From an uncultured Actinomycetota bacterium (lineage in GTDB: Bacteria; Actinomycetota; Actinomycetes; Mycobacteriales; CADCTP01), in NCBI GenBank assembly GCA_963770145.1, contig CAVYOJ010000002.1:794326-858325 (forward strand): a stretch of 64,000 nt of DNA, read 5' to 3'. The translations under genes were made by a program, and so were the position numbers. A model generated the notes under the pieces. That model made no database searches, had not been told where the DNA came from, and saw only the letters and a list, made by a program, of their open reading frames with translations. How positions within the stretch are numbered: position 1 is the stretch's first letter; each line of letters begins with the position of its first letter. Of the stretch, positions 10,051-21,673 are shown one piece after another.

Positions 10051-10269
10051 GTGGGCGAGTGGATTTCGGGGTATCTACGGATCATGGTCATGCCGCCGAT
10101 CGACCCGGAACCGCCGACACCGGCACCGGACCCGACTCCGCCGGGACCGGCGCCCGACCCGATGCCGCCGACACCCTTGCCGGACCCGATGCCACCGACG
10201 CCGGATCCGATGCCGCCGGCACCGAACCCCGGCCCCATGCCCAACCCCGGACCCGACATCGACTTCTGA
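10051..10269 (+). CDS. hypothetical proline-rich repeat peptide (72 aa from GTG 10051, 61 aa from ATG 10084); coding status doubtful
   Basis: The ORF ...MVMPPIDPEPPTPAPDPTPPGPAPDPMPPTPLPDPMPPTPDPMPPAPNPGPMPNPGPDIDF ends at TGA 10267-10269, 13 nt before a strong hairpin. It has no convincing RBS, low complexity, and the opposite strand is also open. Confidence 0.25.
   Translation: MGEWISGYLRIMVMPPIDPEPPTPAPDPTPPGPAPDPMPPTPLPDPMPPTPDPMPPAPNPGPMPNPGPDIDF
10155..10224. repeat. three imperfect tandem copies of GAYCCGATGCCRCCGRCRCC (periods 27 and 21 nt)
   Basis: Read directly from the sequence: gacccgatgccgccgacaccc(ttgccg), then gacccgatgccaccgacgccg, then gatccgatgccgccggcaccg. Confidence 0.6.
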
Positions 10270-10282
10270 GTCCCCCAGACAC

Positions 10283-10315
10283 CCGCCCGGCCGCTGACCC
10301 CACGCGGCCGGGCGG
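10283..10315. terminator. bidirectional terminator-like hairpin between ppa and the Pro-rich ORF
   Basis: CCGCCCGGCCGC-tgaccccac-GCGGCCGGGCGG forms a 12-bp perfect GC stem with a 9-nt loop. It lies 73 nt downstream of the ppa stop on the minus strand. Confidence 0.6.
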
Positions 10316-10387
10316 TGCCGTCATCGAGCCACGGCCGGCGGCGGCGACGGAGCCGGCGCCGTGACGCGGCGTGGGGTGCGGACCGGG

Positions 10388-10903
10388 CTAGTGGTCGGGG
10401 GAGCCGGAGGCCAGTTGGCCGTCGGACTCGGCGAGGCGGCGCCGGGAGACGAGGATCTCCTCCTCGGCGTCGTGCCGGCCGGTCCAGGTCGCGCCCTCGA
10501 CCGACTTGCCCGGCTCCAGCTCCTTGTAGACGTTGAAGAAGTGCTGGATCTCCAGCCGCTCGAACTCGGGCAGGTGGTGGATGTCGCGCAGGTGCTCCAT
10601 CCGCGGGTCCGCCGCCGGCACGCACAGCACCTTGTCGTCACCGCCGGCCTCGTCGCGCATCCGGTACATCCCGATCGCCCGGCACCGGATCAGACAGCCG
10701 GGGAACGTCGGCACCTGCAGCAGCACCATCGCGTCCAGCGGGTCGCCGTCGTCGCCGAGGGTGCCCTCGATGAACCCGTAGTCCGCCGGATACTGCGTGG
10801 CGGTGAACAGGGTCCGGTCCAACCGGATCCGCCCGGTGTGGTGGTCGAACTCGTACTTGTTCCGTTCGCCCTTGGGGATCTCGATCGTGACGTCGAACTC
10901 CAC
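10388..10903 (-). CDS. ppa: inorganic diphosphatase (family I)
   Basis: Intact 171-aa ORF with [38 protein letters not shown] and DDKVLCVP. Confidence 0.95.
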   Translation of the reverse strand: MEFDVTIEIPKGERNKYEFDHHTGRIRLDRTLFTATQYPADYGFIEGTLGDDGDPLDAMVLLQVPTFPGCLIRCRAIGMYRMRDEAGGDDKVLCVPAADPRMEHLRDIHHLPEFERLEIQHFFNVYKELEPGKSVEGATWTGRHDAEEEILVSRRRLAESDGQLASGSPDH

Positions 10904-10995
10904 CGGCCGCTCCTCCCGGGAGACTGGTCGTCCCGGAGTCTAGGGCGCGGTGATCGGTCCGTGCCGCGTGCGACCGGGCGCTTAGGCTTCGCGTC

Positions 10996-12384
10996 GTGCG
11001 GTGGACGGGGGCGCGGGTCGCGATCGCGGGTGGCAGCGCGCTCGCCATCGGGGCGGCCGCGGTGATCGGCGGGGTCGTCGTCGCCGGTCGCGGCGGCGCC
11101 GCGGACGGGGCCGCCGGGCGGACGTCGCCCACCGCGAGCCCGACCCCGAGCCCGCTGGTCACGCCGACCCCGGTGCTCGCCGCGCCGCCGACCGGACTGC
11201 CGCAGACGGCCACCGGGGTCGCCCGCAAGCTCGCCGTCCCGTTGGCCGACCACCGGCTCGGCGCCCGGGTCTCGGCGACCGTGGTCGACGCCGAGACCGG
11301 GCAGGTGCTGCTCGACCGCGGCGCGGCCAACGCGGTGACGCCGGCGTCGACGGCCAAGCTGGCCACCTCGGTCGCGCTGCTGTCGGTGACCGACCCGGAC
11401 CAGCGGCTGACCACCCGGGTCGTCGCCGGCGCCCGGCCGGGCGACGTGGTGCTGGTCGGCGGCGGCGACCCGACCCTGTCCGCGGCCCCGGCCGGCAAGG
11501 CGACGGCGTACGAGGGCGCGGCCCGGGTGAGCACGCTGGCCGCGCTGGCCAAGCGGGCCGGGCTCGGCAAGGTCGGCCGGGTGGTCGTCGACTCCAGCCT
11601 GTTCTCCGGCCCGGCGATGGCGCCGACCTGGAACCCGGCCGACGTCGGCGGCGGCTACATCGCCCCGATCACCGCGACGATGGTCGACGCCGGCCGGCAG
11701 GACCGGCTGCGGGCCCGGTCCGCGACGCCGGACCTCGAGGCCGGCCGGGCCCTTGCCGTCGCGCTCGGGGTGCCGAATGCGGCGGTGGTCCGCGGCCGGG
11801 CGCCGGCCGGGGCGACCACGCTGGCCGAGGTCAGCTCGCAGCCGATCCCGCGGCTGGTCGAGCAGATGCTGCTCGCCTCGGACAACGTGCTGGCCGAGGC
11901 GCTGGCCCGGCAGGTGGCGGTCGCCGAGGGTCAGCCGGCGAGCTTCGCCGGCGCCGTCGCCGCGACCCGGCAGGTCCTGGCCCGGCTGGGGATGCCGGCC
12001 GGCGACCGGCTGCTCGACGGCAGCGGGCTGTCCGCCCAGGATCGGGTCACTCCGGCGCTGCTGGCCGCGCTGCTGCGGACCGCGGCCGGCGCCGACCAGC
12101 CCCGGCTGCACGCGCTGGTGCCCGGCCTGCCGGTGTCCGGCTACCTCGGCACGCTGGACGAGCGCTACCGCAGCGGCCCGGCGGCGCTCGCGGCCGGCCA
12201 GGTCAGGGCCAAGACCGGCACCCTGGACGGGGTCAGCTCGCTGGCCGGGCTGGTCCGCGGCGCCGACGGGCGGCTGCTGGTGTTCGCGGTGGTCGCCGAC
12301 CGGGTCCCGGCCGGTGGCACGCTGCCGGCCGAGGCCGCGCTGGACGACGTCGCCGCCGCCCTGACCACCTGCGGCTGCCGCTAG
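10996..12384 (+). CDS. dacB: D-alanyl-D-alanine carboxypeptidase/endopeptidase (PBP4, peptidase S13)
   Basis: Intact 462-aa ORF. SxxK active site PASTAKLAT, LLASDNVLAEAL, and KTG motif RAKTGTLDGVSSLAG. Divergent from ppa, as in mycobacteria. Confidence 0.9.
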   Translation: MRWTGARVAIAGGSALAIGAAAVIGGVVVAGRGGAADGAAGRTSPTASPTPSPLVTPTPVLAAPPTGLPQTATGVARKLAVPLADHRLGARVSATVVDAETGQVLLDRGAANAVTPASTAKLATSVALLSVTDPDQRLTTRVVAGARPGDVVLVGGGDPTLSAAPAGKATAYEGAARVSTLAALAKRAGLGKVGRVVVDSSLFSGPAMAPTWNPADVGGGYIAPITATMVDAGRQDRLRARSATPDLEAGRALAVALGVPNAAVVRGRAPAGATTLAEVSSQPIPRLVEQMLLASDNVLAEALARQVAVAEGQPASFAGAVAATRQVLARLGMPAGDRLLDGSGLSAQDRVTPALLAALLRTAAGADQPRLHALVPGLPVSGYLGTLDERYRSGPAALAAGQVRAKTGTLDGVSSLAGLVRGADGRLLVFAVVADRVPAGGTLPAEAALDDVAAALTTCGCR

Positions 12385-12389
12385 GCGGG

Positions 12390-12896
12390 TCACCGGGCGA
12401 CTCCGGCCCGCACCGCCGCTGAGTTCAGTGACCCGACCCCGGGCGGGGCGTGGTGGTGGCGGTGGTGTTCCTCCATCACCCGGGCCAGCCCGGACATCCC
12501 GTGCAGCAGGGCGTCCCGCTCGTCGACGGTCAGCTCGGCGAACAGCTGCTCGTGCTGGGCGCTGAAGTGGGCCCCGATCCGCTCGGCCGCGGTCCGGCCG
12601 GCCGGGGTGAGCGCCAGCCGGTAGAAGCGCCGGTTGGCCGGATCCCGGACCCGCTCCAGCCAGCCCCGCCGCTCCAGCCCGGCCGCCAGCCGGCTGGTCG
12701 TCGACTTCTCCAGCCCCATCCGCTCGCCGAGCTGCTGCTGGGACAGCGGGCCGGCCTCGGTCAGCTCGGCGAGCGCGAACACCTCCGACGCCGAGGCCCG
12801 TACGCCGTCGTGGTCGTGCGGCTCCAGCAGGCCGCCGACCCGGACGAGCCAGCGCAGCAGCCGGCGCAGCTCGTCGTCCGGGAACGGTTGTGCCAT
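12390..12896 (-). CDS. MarR family transcriptional regulator
   Basis: This is the 3-prime part of ORF 12390-14687, starting at ATG 12896. MAQPFPDDELRR...EVFALAELTEAGPLSQQQLGERMGLEKSTTSRLAAGLERRGWLERVRDPANRRFYRLALTPAG is a MarR wHTH domain, followed by a His-rich tail. Confidence 0.9.
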   Translation of the reverse strand: MAQPFPDDELRRLLRWLVRVGGLLEPHDHDGVRASASEVFALAELTEAGPLSQQQLGERMGLEKSTTSRLAAGLERRGWLERVRDPANRRFYRLALTPAGRTAAERIGAHFSAQHEQLFAELTVDERDALLHGMSGLARVMEEHHRHHHAPPGVGSLNSAAVRAGVAR

Positions 12897-12934
12897 ACAA
12901 CTCTCCTGCCCTATCGTAGTTGTACGGCACAACT
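12886..12934. promoter_or_regulatory. two 17-bp palindromic boxes (probable MarR operators) in the divergent promoter region
   Basis: GGTTGT-GCCAT-ACAACT lies at 12886-12902 and overlaps the MarR ATG. AGTTGT-ACGGC-ACAACT lies at 12918-12934. Their centres are 32 bp apart. The RBS AGGAGG of the methyltransferase follows at 12937-12942. Confidence 0.5.
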
Positions 12935-12947
12935 CTAGGAGGACGAG

Positions 12948-13562
12948 ATGCCCCACGGCCACAGGTTCCGGCACCTGTTCATGCACGGCGACGGCAGCAT
13001 GACGGGCTGGTTCGGCGACCCCGAGCACTACGAGCGGTTCGCGACCCGGCTCCAGCGCCGGCTGCGGACCAGGGTCGCCACCGACGTGGCCGCGCTGCGG
13101 CTGCCGGCCGGCGCCCACGTGCTCGACGTCGGCACCGGTCCCGGCCGGCTCCCGGTGGAGATCGCCCGGCGCAGCCCGCAGGTCCGGGTGACCGGTCTGG
13201 ACGTCTCGCCGCGGATGATCGAGGCCGCCAAGGCGGCGATCGAGCCCGGCCAGCAGGTGATCGCCGAGGTCGGCGACGTGGCGAAGCTGCCGTACCGGGA
13301 CGGCAGCGTCGACCTGGTCGTCTCCACGCTCAGCCAGCACCACTGGCCGGACCGGGCGGCCGCGCTCGCGGAGCTGGCCCGGGTGCTCGCGCCGGGCGGC
13401 CGGATCTGGATCTACGACCTGCGCCGGGCGCTGCGGACCGCGCAGGTCGCGGCGGCCGTCGCCGTCCCCGGCTCGGACGTGCGGGTCGAGCCGGTGCGGG
13501 CCGGCGTGCTCGGCCGGCTGCTCGGCCGGCTCACCGTGCAGCCCGCCGGCGTGCCCGTGTGA
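12948..13562 (+). CDS. class I SAM-dependent methyltransferase
   Basis: Intact 204-aa ORF with a strong RBS. Motif I VLDVGTGPGRLPVEIA, plus DLVVSTLSQHHW and RVLAPGGRIWIYD. Confidence 0.85.
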   Translation: MPHGHRFRHLFMHGDGSMTGWFGDPEHYERFATRLQRRLRTRVATDVAALRLPAGAHVLDVGTGPGRLPVEIARRSPQVRVTGLDVSPRMIEAAKAAIEPGQQVIAEVGDVAKLPYRDGSVDLVVSTLSQHHWPDRAAALAELARVLAPGGRIWIYDLRRALRTAQVAAAVAVPGSDVRVEPVRAGVLGRLLGRLTVQPAGVPV

Positions 13563-13598
13563 CCGGGCCGGGTCGGCCGCTCGGCGTACCGTGGCCGC

Positions 13599-14678
13599 AT
13601 GAGCAGCCAGCCCGGAATGGTCGACTGGGACCTCGCCGTCTCCACCGCGACCCGGTTGATCTCGCCGGGGCCCGAGGTGTCCCGCAGCGAGGCCGACGCC
13701 GCGGTGCGGTCGCTGCGTGAGCAGGTCGAGGTCGCGGCCGCGCACGTGGAGCGGATCACCGCCCTGCATCCCGTGGGCCCGATCCCGGTGACCCGGGTGG
13801 TGGACCGGCCCGGCTGGGTGCGGGTCAACGCGGACGGGATGGCCAGGCTGCTCACCCCGCTGGTGCAGACGCTCGAGGAGCGCCGGCCGCGGCCGGCCGG
13901 GCGGTTCGAGCAGACCGTCGGGCCGAAGGCGACCGGGCTGCAGGCCGGCGGGGTGCTGGCGTTCCTGTCCAGCAAGGTGCTCGGGCAGTTCGAGTTCTTC
14001 GCCGACCCGGCCGGGCAGCTGCTGCTGGTCGCGCCCAACGTGGTCGAGGCGGAGCGGTCGCTCGGCGTCCCGCCGGCCGACTTCCGGCTGTGGGTGGCGC
14101 TGCACGAGGTGACCCACCGGGTGCAGTTCACCGCGGTGCCGTGGCTGCGCGGCCACCTCAGCACCGAGATCGACGCGCTGGTCGACGCGACCGACCTCGA
14201 CCCGGACGCGGTGCGCGAGCGGCTGTCGGCGTTCGTCGGCCAGCTCGGCTCGGCGCTGCGCGGCGGCGAGGAGTCGCAGGGGATCCTCGGGCTGATCCAG
14301 AGCCCGGCGCAGAAGGAGATCATCGAGCGGCTGACCGCGTTCATGTCGCTGGTCGAGGGACACGCCGAGTACGTGATGAACGCCGTCGGGCCGGACGTGG
14401 TCCCCTCGATCGGGCAGATCCGGGAGCGGTTCGGCCAGCGTCGCAAGGGCACCGGGCCGGTCGACCGGCTGCTGCGCCGGCTGCTCGGGCTGGACGTGAA
14501 GATCCGGCAGTACGCGGACGGCAGCAAGTTCGTCGGCGCGGTCGTCGAGGCGGTCGGGATCGACGGCTTCAACCAGGTGTGGACGTCGCCGGAGACGCTC
14601 CCGCGCAAGTCCGAGCTGGCCGACCCGCACGCCTGGGTCGAGCGCGTGCACGGCTTCCGCCCCGCGGCGTCTGCCTGA
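13599..14678 (+). CDS. zinc-dependent metalloprotease, DUF2342/Zincin_2 family (Rv3626c-like)
   Basis: Intact 359-aa ORF with HExxH motif ALHEVTHRVQF. It sits between dacB and tilS, as in mycobacteria. Confidence 0.85.
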   Translation: MSSQPGMVDWDLAVSTATRLISPGPEVSRSEADAAVRSLREQVEVAAAHVERITALHPVGPIPVTRVVDRPGWVRVNADGMARLLTPLVQTLEERRPRPAGRFEQTVGPKATGLQAGGVLAFLSSKVLGQFEFFADPAGQLLLVAPNVVEAERSLGVPPADFRLWVALHEVTHRVQFTAVPWLRGHLSTEIDALVDATDLDPDAVRERLSAFVGQLGSALRGGEESQGILGLIQSPAQKEIIERLTAFMSLVEGHAEYVMNAVGPDVVPSIGQIRERFGQRRKGTGPVDRLLRRLLGLDVKIRQYADGSKFVGAVVEAVGIDGFNQVWTSPETLPRKSELADPHAWVERVHGFRPAASA

Positions 14679-14742
14679 CCCACCCATCGCCCGCCGCGCG
14701 GACTCGCGCCGGTGCCGCCGGCATCGGGCTAGCGTTCGGGGA

Positions 14743-15684
14743 GTGGGGGCGGGGTTGGCGCCGGAGGTGGCCGCGGTGCGGGTGGCCGTGCGGCGGCTGC
14801 TGGCCGAGGTGCGGCCGGCCGGCGTGCTGGTCGCCTGCAGCGGCGGTGCCGACTCGGTCGCGCTGGCCGCGGCGACCGCGTTCGAGGCGCCGCGGCTCGG
14901 CGTCCCGGCCGGGCTGGTGACCGTCGACCACGGCCTGCAGCCGGGATCGGCGGCCTGGGCGGCCGAGACCGCCGAGCTTGGTCGTGGCCTCGGACTCGAC
15001 CCGGTGCTCGTCCGCCGGGTCGAGGTGGGTACGGCCGGTGGTCCGGAGGCCGCCGCCCGCGCCGCCCGCTACGCCGCCCTCGCGGAGGCGGCCGGTGACC
15101 GCGCCGTGCTGCTCGCGCACACGCTCGACGACCAGGCCGAGACCGTGCTGCTCGGGCTCGGCCGGGGCTCCGGACCGCGGTCGATCGCCGGCATGCGCCC
15201 GGTCGACGGCCGCTGGCTGCGCCCGCTGCTCGGGATCCGCCGGGAGACCACCCGGGCCGCCTGCGCGGCCGAGCACCTCCCGTACCGGGACGACCCGCAC
15301 AACGCCGACCCCCGCTTCACCCGGGTACGCCTGCGCGCCGAGGTGCTGCCCCGGCTCGAGGACGCCCTGCAGGGCGGCGTCGCCGAGGCCCTGGCCCGCA
15401 CGGCCGAGCTGCTGCGCGACGACCTCGACGCGCTCGACGGCCTGGCCGCCGCGCTCACCCCCGCCACCCCGACCCTGCCGGTCGACGGCCTGGCCGCCCA
15501 GCCGCGCGCGATCCGCACCCGGGTGCTGCGGAACTGGGTCGGCATCCCGCTCACCGCCGCCCAGCTGCACGCGCTCGACGCCCTGGTCGCCGACTGGCAC
15601 GGCCAGGGTCCGGTCGCCCTGCCCTCGGGCCGTGCGGTCAGGCGTGCGTCTGGCATGCTGCATCTCGCCGGACCGGATCGCTGA
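14743..15684 (+). CDS. tilS: tRNA(Ile)-lysidine synthetase
   Basis: PP-loop motif [13 protein letters not shown], plus [15 protein letters not shown]. Intact 313 aa, directly upstream of hpt. Confidence 0.9.
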   Translation: MGAGLAPEVAAVRVAVRRLLAEVRPAGVLVACSGGADSVALAAATAFEAPRLGVPAGLVTVDHGLQPGSAAWAAETAELGRGLGLDPVLVRRVEVGTAGGPEAAARAARYAALAEAAGDRAVLLAHTLDDQAETVLLGLGRGSGPRSIAGMRPVDGRWLRPLLGIRRETTRAACAAEHLPYRDDPHNADPRFTRVRLRAEVLPRLEDALQGGVAEALARTAELLRDDLDALDGLAAALTPATPTLPVDGLAAQPRAIRTRVLRNWVGIPLTAAQLHALDALVADWHGQGPVALPSGRAVRRASGMLHLAGPDR

Positions 15685-15700
15685 GGCAGAGCGGGGAGCG

Positions 15701-16249
15701 GTGCACAACTACGACGGCGACATCGACGAGGTCCTGCTGACCGAGCAGCAGCTCGCGACCCGCATCCAGGAAGTGGCCGACGAGGTGTCGGCCGACTACG
15801 CCGACCGCGAACCGGTCCTGGTCGGCGTGCTCAAGGGTGCCGCGATCGTGATGGCCGACTTCGCCCGGGCGCTGAGCCGGCCGGTGACGATGGAATACAT
15901 GGCGGTCTCCTCGTACGGCTCGTCGACGAGCTCGTCCGGCATCGTCCGCATCCTCAAGGACCTCGACCGGGACATCTCCGACCGGCACGTGCTCGTGGTC
16001 GAGGACATCGTCGACTCCGGGCTGACGCTGTCCTGGCTGCTGCGCAACCTGGAGTCCCGGCAGCCGGCCTCGCTCGAGGTGATGGCGCTGCTGCGCAAGC
16101 CGGACGCGGTCAAGATCGACGTGCCGGTCCGCTACCTCGGTTTCGACATCCCGAACGAGTTCGTGGTCGGCTTCGGTCTGGACTACGCGGAGCGCTACCG
16201 GGACCTGCCGTACATCGCCCGGCTCAAGCCCGAGGTCTACACCAGGTAA
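15701..16249 (+). CDS. hpt: hypoxanthine phosphoribosyltransferase
   Basis: GTG 15701 follows the RBS GGGGAG. PRPP-binding motif [17 protein letters not shown] and C-terminus [16 protein letters not shown]. Confidence 0.92.
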   Translation: MHNYDGDIDEVLLTEQQLATRIQEVADEVSADYADREPVLVGVLKGAAIVMADFARALSRPVTMEYMAVSSYGSSTSSSGIVRILKDLDRDISDRHVLVVEDIVDSGLTLSWLLRNLESRQPASLEVMALLRKPDAVKIDVPVRYLGFDIPNEFVVGFGLDYAERYRDLPYIARLKPEVYTR

Positions 16250-16428
16250 AGGAACGCTTGAGGCCACTCGGCCGTTGCCCCGGACGAGGCCATCGACCCT
16301 GGTGGCCTGCGTCCCCGTAGTGCCCGGTGTACCTTTCCTGTCAGGGACTGATCGCCGTGCGCGCCGGGTGCGCCCACCAGCTGGAGCGGGAGGACCGGAG
16401 CTGCCGGGCACGGCGTCTCCGCTGAGAT

Positions 16429-18811
<2,383 letters not shown>

Positions 18812-18815
<4 letters not shown>

Positions 18816-19387
18816 CCGGGTCGTTCGACCCGGCCGGGGTGGAACGGGCGGTCCGCGACCTGCTGGTCGCCATCGGCGAGGACCCCGACCGCGACGGCCT
18901 GCGGCGTACCCCGGAGCGGGTCGCCCGCGCGTACGCCGAGCAGTTCGCCGGCCTCTACGTCGACCCCTCCGACGTGCTGCAGACCACCTTCGACGAGGGC
19001 CACGAGGAAATGGTCCTGGTCAAGGACATCGAGATGTATTCGACCTGTGAACATCACCTGGTCCCGTTCCACGGGGTCGCGCACGTCGGCTACATCCCGA
19101 ACGTGGACGGCCGGATCACCGGGTTGAGCAAGCTCGCCCGGCTGGTCGACCTGTACGCGAAGCGGCCGCAGGTGCAGGAGCGGCTCACCTCGCAGATCGC
19201 CGACGCGATGGTCCGCCGGCTCGAGCCGCGCGGCGCGATCGTGGTGATCGAGGCGGAGCACCTGTGCATGTCGATGCGTGGCATCCGCAAGCCGGGCGCC
19301 CGTACGGTCACCTCCGCGGTCCGCGGCATGTTCCAGTACCAGCCGTCCACCCGCGCCGAGGCGATGAGCCTCATCCTGGGGCGATGA
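18812..19387 (+). CDS. folE: GTP cyclohydrolase I
   Basis: Intact 191 aa with [15 protein letters not shown] and RPQVQERLT. Confidence 0.95.
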
Positions 19388-20247
19388 CCGAAGCGACCCG
19401 CCAGCCGGCGGCCGGGCTGCCGCACCCGGACCGGTGCGTCGTGATGGGCGTGCTCAACGTGACCCCCGACTCGTTCAGCGACGGCGGCCGGTACGCCGAC
19501 CTCGACGCCGCGGTCGCGCACGGGCTGGCGATGTGGGCGGCCGGCGCCGACATCGTCGACGTCGGCGGCGAGTCCACCCGCCCGGGCGCGGAGCGGGTCG
19601 ACGCCGAGGAGGAGACCCGCCGGGTGGTGCCGGCGATCCGCGCGCTGGCGGGCAGCGGCGTGACGGTCAGCGTGGACACCTCCCGGGCCGCGGTCGCCGA
19701 GGCCGCGCTGGACGCCGGGGCCGGGATCGTCAACGACGTCAGCGGCGGGCTGGGCGACCCGGCCATGGCCAAGACGATCGCCGCGGCCGGAGTTCCCTGG
19801 GTGCTCATGCACTGGCGCGGGCACAGCCGGGACATGCAGGCGCTGGCCCGGTACGCCGACGTGGTCCGGGACGTGGCGACCGAGCTGACCCGGCAGGTCG
19901 ACGCCGCGGTCGCGGCCGGTGTCGACGCCAGCAACATCGTGCTCGACCCCGGCCTCGGGTTCGCCAAGACCGCCGAGCACAACTGGAGCCTGCTGGCCCG
20001 GCTGGACGAGCTGACCGCGCTGGGCTTCCCGGTGCTGGTCGGCGCGTCCCGCAAGGCGTTCCTGGGCCGGCTGCTCGCCGGTCCGGACGGCGCCCCGGCC
20101 CCGCTCGACGCCCGCGAGCACGCCACCGTCGCGACCAGCGTGCTGGCCGCGGTGATGGGCGCCTGGGGGGTGCGGGTGCACGAGGTGACCCCGACCCTGG
20201 ACGCGGTCAAGGTCGTCCGCGCCTGGAAGTCGGCCGGCCGTGGCTGA
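19384..20247 (+). CDS. folP: dihydropteroate synthase
   Basis: ATG 19384 overlaps the folE stop (ATGA). Motifs [27 protein letters not shown] and [11 protein letters not shown]. Confidence 0.93.
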   Translation: MTEATRQPAAGLPHPDRCVVMGVLNVTPDSFSDGGRYADLDAAVAHGLAMWAAGADIVDVGGESTRPGAERVDAEEETRRVVPAIRALAGSGVTVSVDTSRAAVAEAALDAGAGIVNDVSGGLGDPAMAKTIAAAGVPWVLMHWRGHSRDMQALARYADVVRDVATELTRQVDAAVAAGVDASNIVLDPGLGFAKTAEHNWSLLARLDELTALGFPVLVGASRKAFLGRLLAGPDGAPAPLDAREHATVATSVLAAVMGAWGVRVHEVTPTLDAVKVVRAWKSAGRG

Positions 20248-20602
20248 CCGGATCGTGCTGACCGGGCTCACGGTCCGCGGATTCCACGGCGTGTACGAGC
20301 ACGAGCGCCGGGACGGGCAGGACTTCGTCGTCGACGCGACGCTCTGGCTGGACAGCCGACCGGCCGCGGCCAGCGACGACCTCGCCGACACCGTCGACTA
20401 CGGCGGTCTGGCCGATCGCCTCGCCACCGTCGTCGAGGGCGAGCCGGTGAACCTCATCGAGACCCTCGCCGCCCGGCTCTGCGAGCTGTGCATGGCCGAC
20501 GAGCGGGTGATCGCCGCCGAGGTCACCGTGCACAAGCCGCAGGCGCCGATCGCCCGGGAGTTCGCCGACGTCGCGGTCACCGCCCGGCGGTCCCGGCGGT
20601 GA
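20240..20602 (+). CDS. folB: dihydroneopterin aldolase
   Basis: 120 aa. [28 protein letters not shown] and TVDYGGL match the FolB signature. Confidence 0.9.
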   Translation: MADRIVLTGLTVRGFHGVYEHERRDGQDFVVDATLWLDSRPAAASDDLADTVDYGGLADRLATVVEGEPVNLIETLAARLCELCMADERVIAAEVTVHKPQAPIAREFADVAVTARRSRR

Positions 20603-21079
20603 GCCGAGCGGTGCTGTCGATCGGCTCCAACCTCGGCGACCGGCTGGCGCACCTGCGCTCGCGTCGTGGCCGCGCTGGGCCCGGTCGCGGTCAGCCCGGT
20701 GTACGAGACCGCGCCCTGGGGCGGGGTCGAGCAGGACGACTACCTCAACGCGATCGTCGTCGTCGACGACCCCGGCACCGACGCGTACGGCTGGCTGGCC
20801 AGGGCGCGCGAGCTGGAGCGGGCCGCCGGCCGGATCCGGGAGGTCCGCTGGGGCCCGCGCACCCTCGACGTCGACGTCATCGACGTGGACGGCGGCAGCA
20901 ACGCCGACCCGGAGCTGACCCTGCCGCACCCGCGGGCGCACGAGCGCGCGTTCGTGCTGGTGCCGTGGGCGGACGTGGACCCGGACGCGGTGCTGCCCGG
21001 GCACGGCCGGGTCGCCGATCTGGTCGACCTGGTCGCCGACCGGTCCGGCGTCCGTCGGACGGACCTGGAGCTGCGGTGA
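20599..21079 (+). CDS. folK: 2-amino-4-hydroxy-6-hydroxymethyldihydropteridine diphosphokinase
   Basis: GTG 20599 overlaps the folB stop (GTGA). [17 protein letters not shown] joins across a +1 shift near 20660 to [19 protein letters not shown]...[12 protein letters not shown]...[18 protein letters not shown]. Confidence 0.88.
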
Positions 21080-21561
21080 TCGGCCCAACCCGGATCCGTG
21101 ACCTGGTCGCCTACGCGGCCGCGGTGACCCTGATCGCCTGGCTCGCGATGCGCCAGTGGTACGGCGATCTCCCCGGGCTGCGCTGGTTCGTCCCGCTGTC
21201 GCTGGTGCTGCTCGCGATCGCCGAGGTGCTCGCGGCGAACCAGCTGCGCGACCGGATCCGGCACCGCCCCGGCGCGCTGCCGGTGCAGCCGCTCGTCGCG
21301 GCCCGGATGCTGGCGCTGGCGAAGGCGAGCGCGGTCGTCGGCGCCGTGATGGTGGGGATCTGGGCCGGCCTGCTGGTCTACGTCGTGCCCAGGCTCGGCC
21401 AGCTGGCCGCCGCCGGCAACGACACCGCCATCGGCGCGTTCGGGGTGGTGGCCGCGGTGGCGCTGACCGCGGCCGCGTTGTGGCTCGAGTACTCCTGCCG
21501 GACTCCCGCTCCGCCGGACGGCGACCGGCAAACTAGGCCGGACGGATCAGCGGAGTCGTAA
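21076..21561 (+). CDS. DUF3180 domain-containing membrane protein (Rv3605c-like)
   Basis: GTG 21076 overlaps the folK stop (GTGA). It has four predicted TM segments and the conserved position after folK. Confidence 0.75.
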   Translation: MIGPTRIRDLVAYAAAVTLIAWLAMRQWYGDLPGLRWFVPLSLVLLAIAEVLAANQLRDRIRHRPGALPVQPLVAARMLALAKASAVVGAVMVGIWAGLLVYVVPRLGQLAAAGNDTAIGAFGVVAAVALTAAALWLEYSCRTPAPPDGDRQTRPDGSAES

Positions 21562-21673
21562 CTAGTTGTCGTAGCACGGAAGCGTCCACAAGAACGCGCG
21601 ACGCAACGCGATCGGACTGTTAGCTTCACAGGGATCACCGGAGGGGTCCGAACCGATCCTGTTAAGGGGTGGG

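Noticed and set aside
10080-10262. Minus-strand Gly-rich ORF MSGPGLGMGPGFGAGGIGSGVGGIGSGKGVGG..., a possible glycine-rich secreted peptide.
   Set aside because: It has no in-frame stop before it runs, out of frame, into the methyltransferase gene (ATG 10033). Two further frame corrections within 60 nt would be needed to terminate it. The plus-strand reading is the only self-contained ORF, and even that is doubtful.
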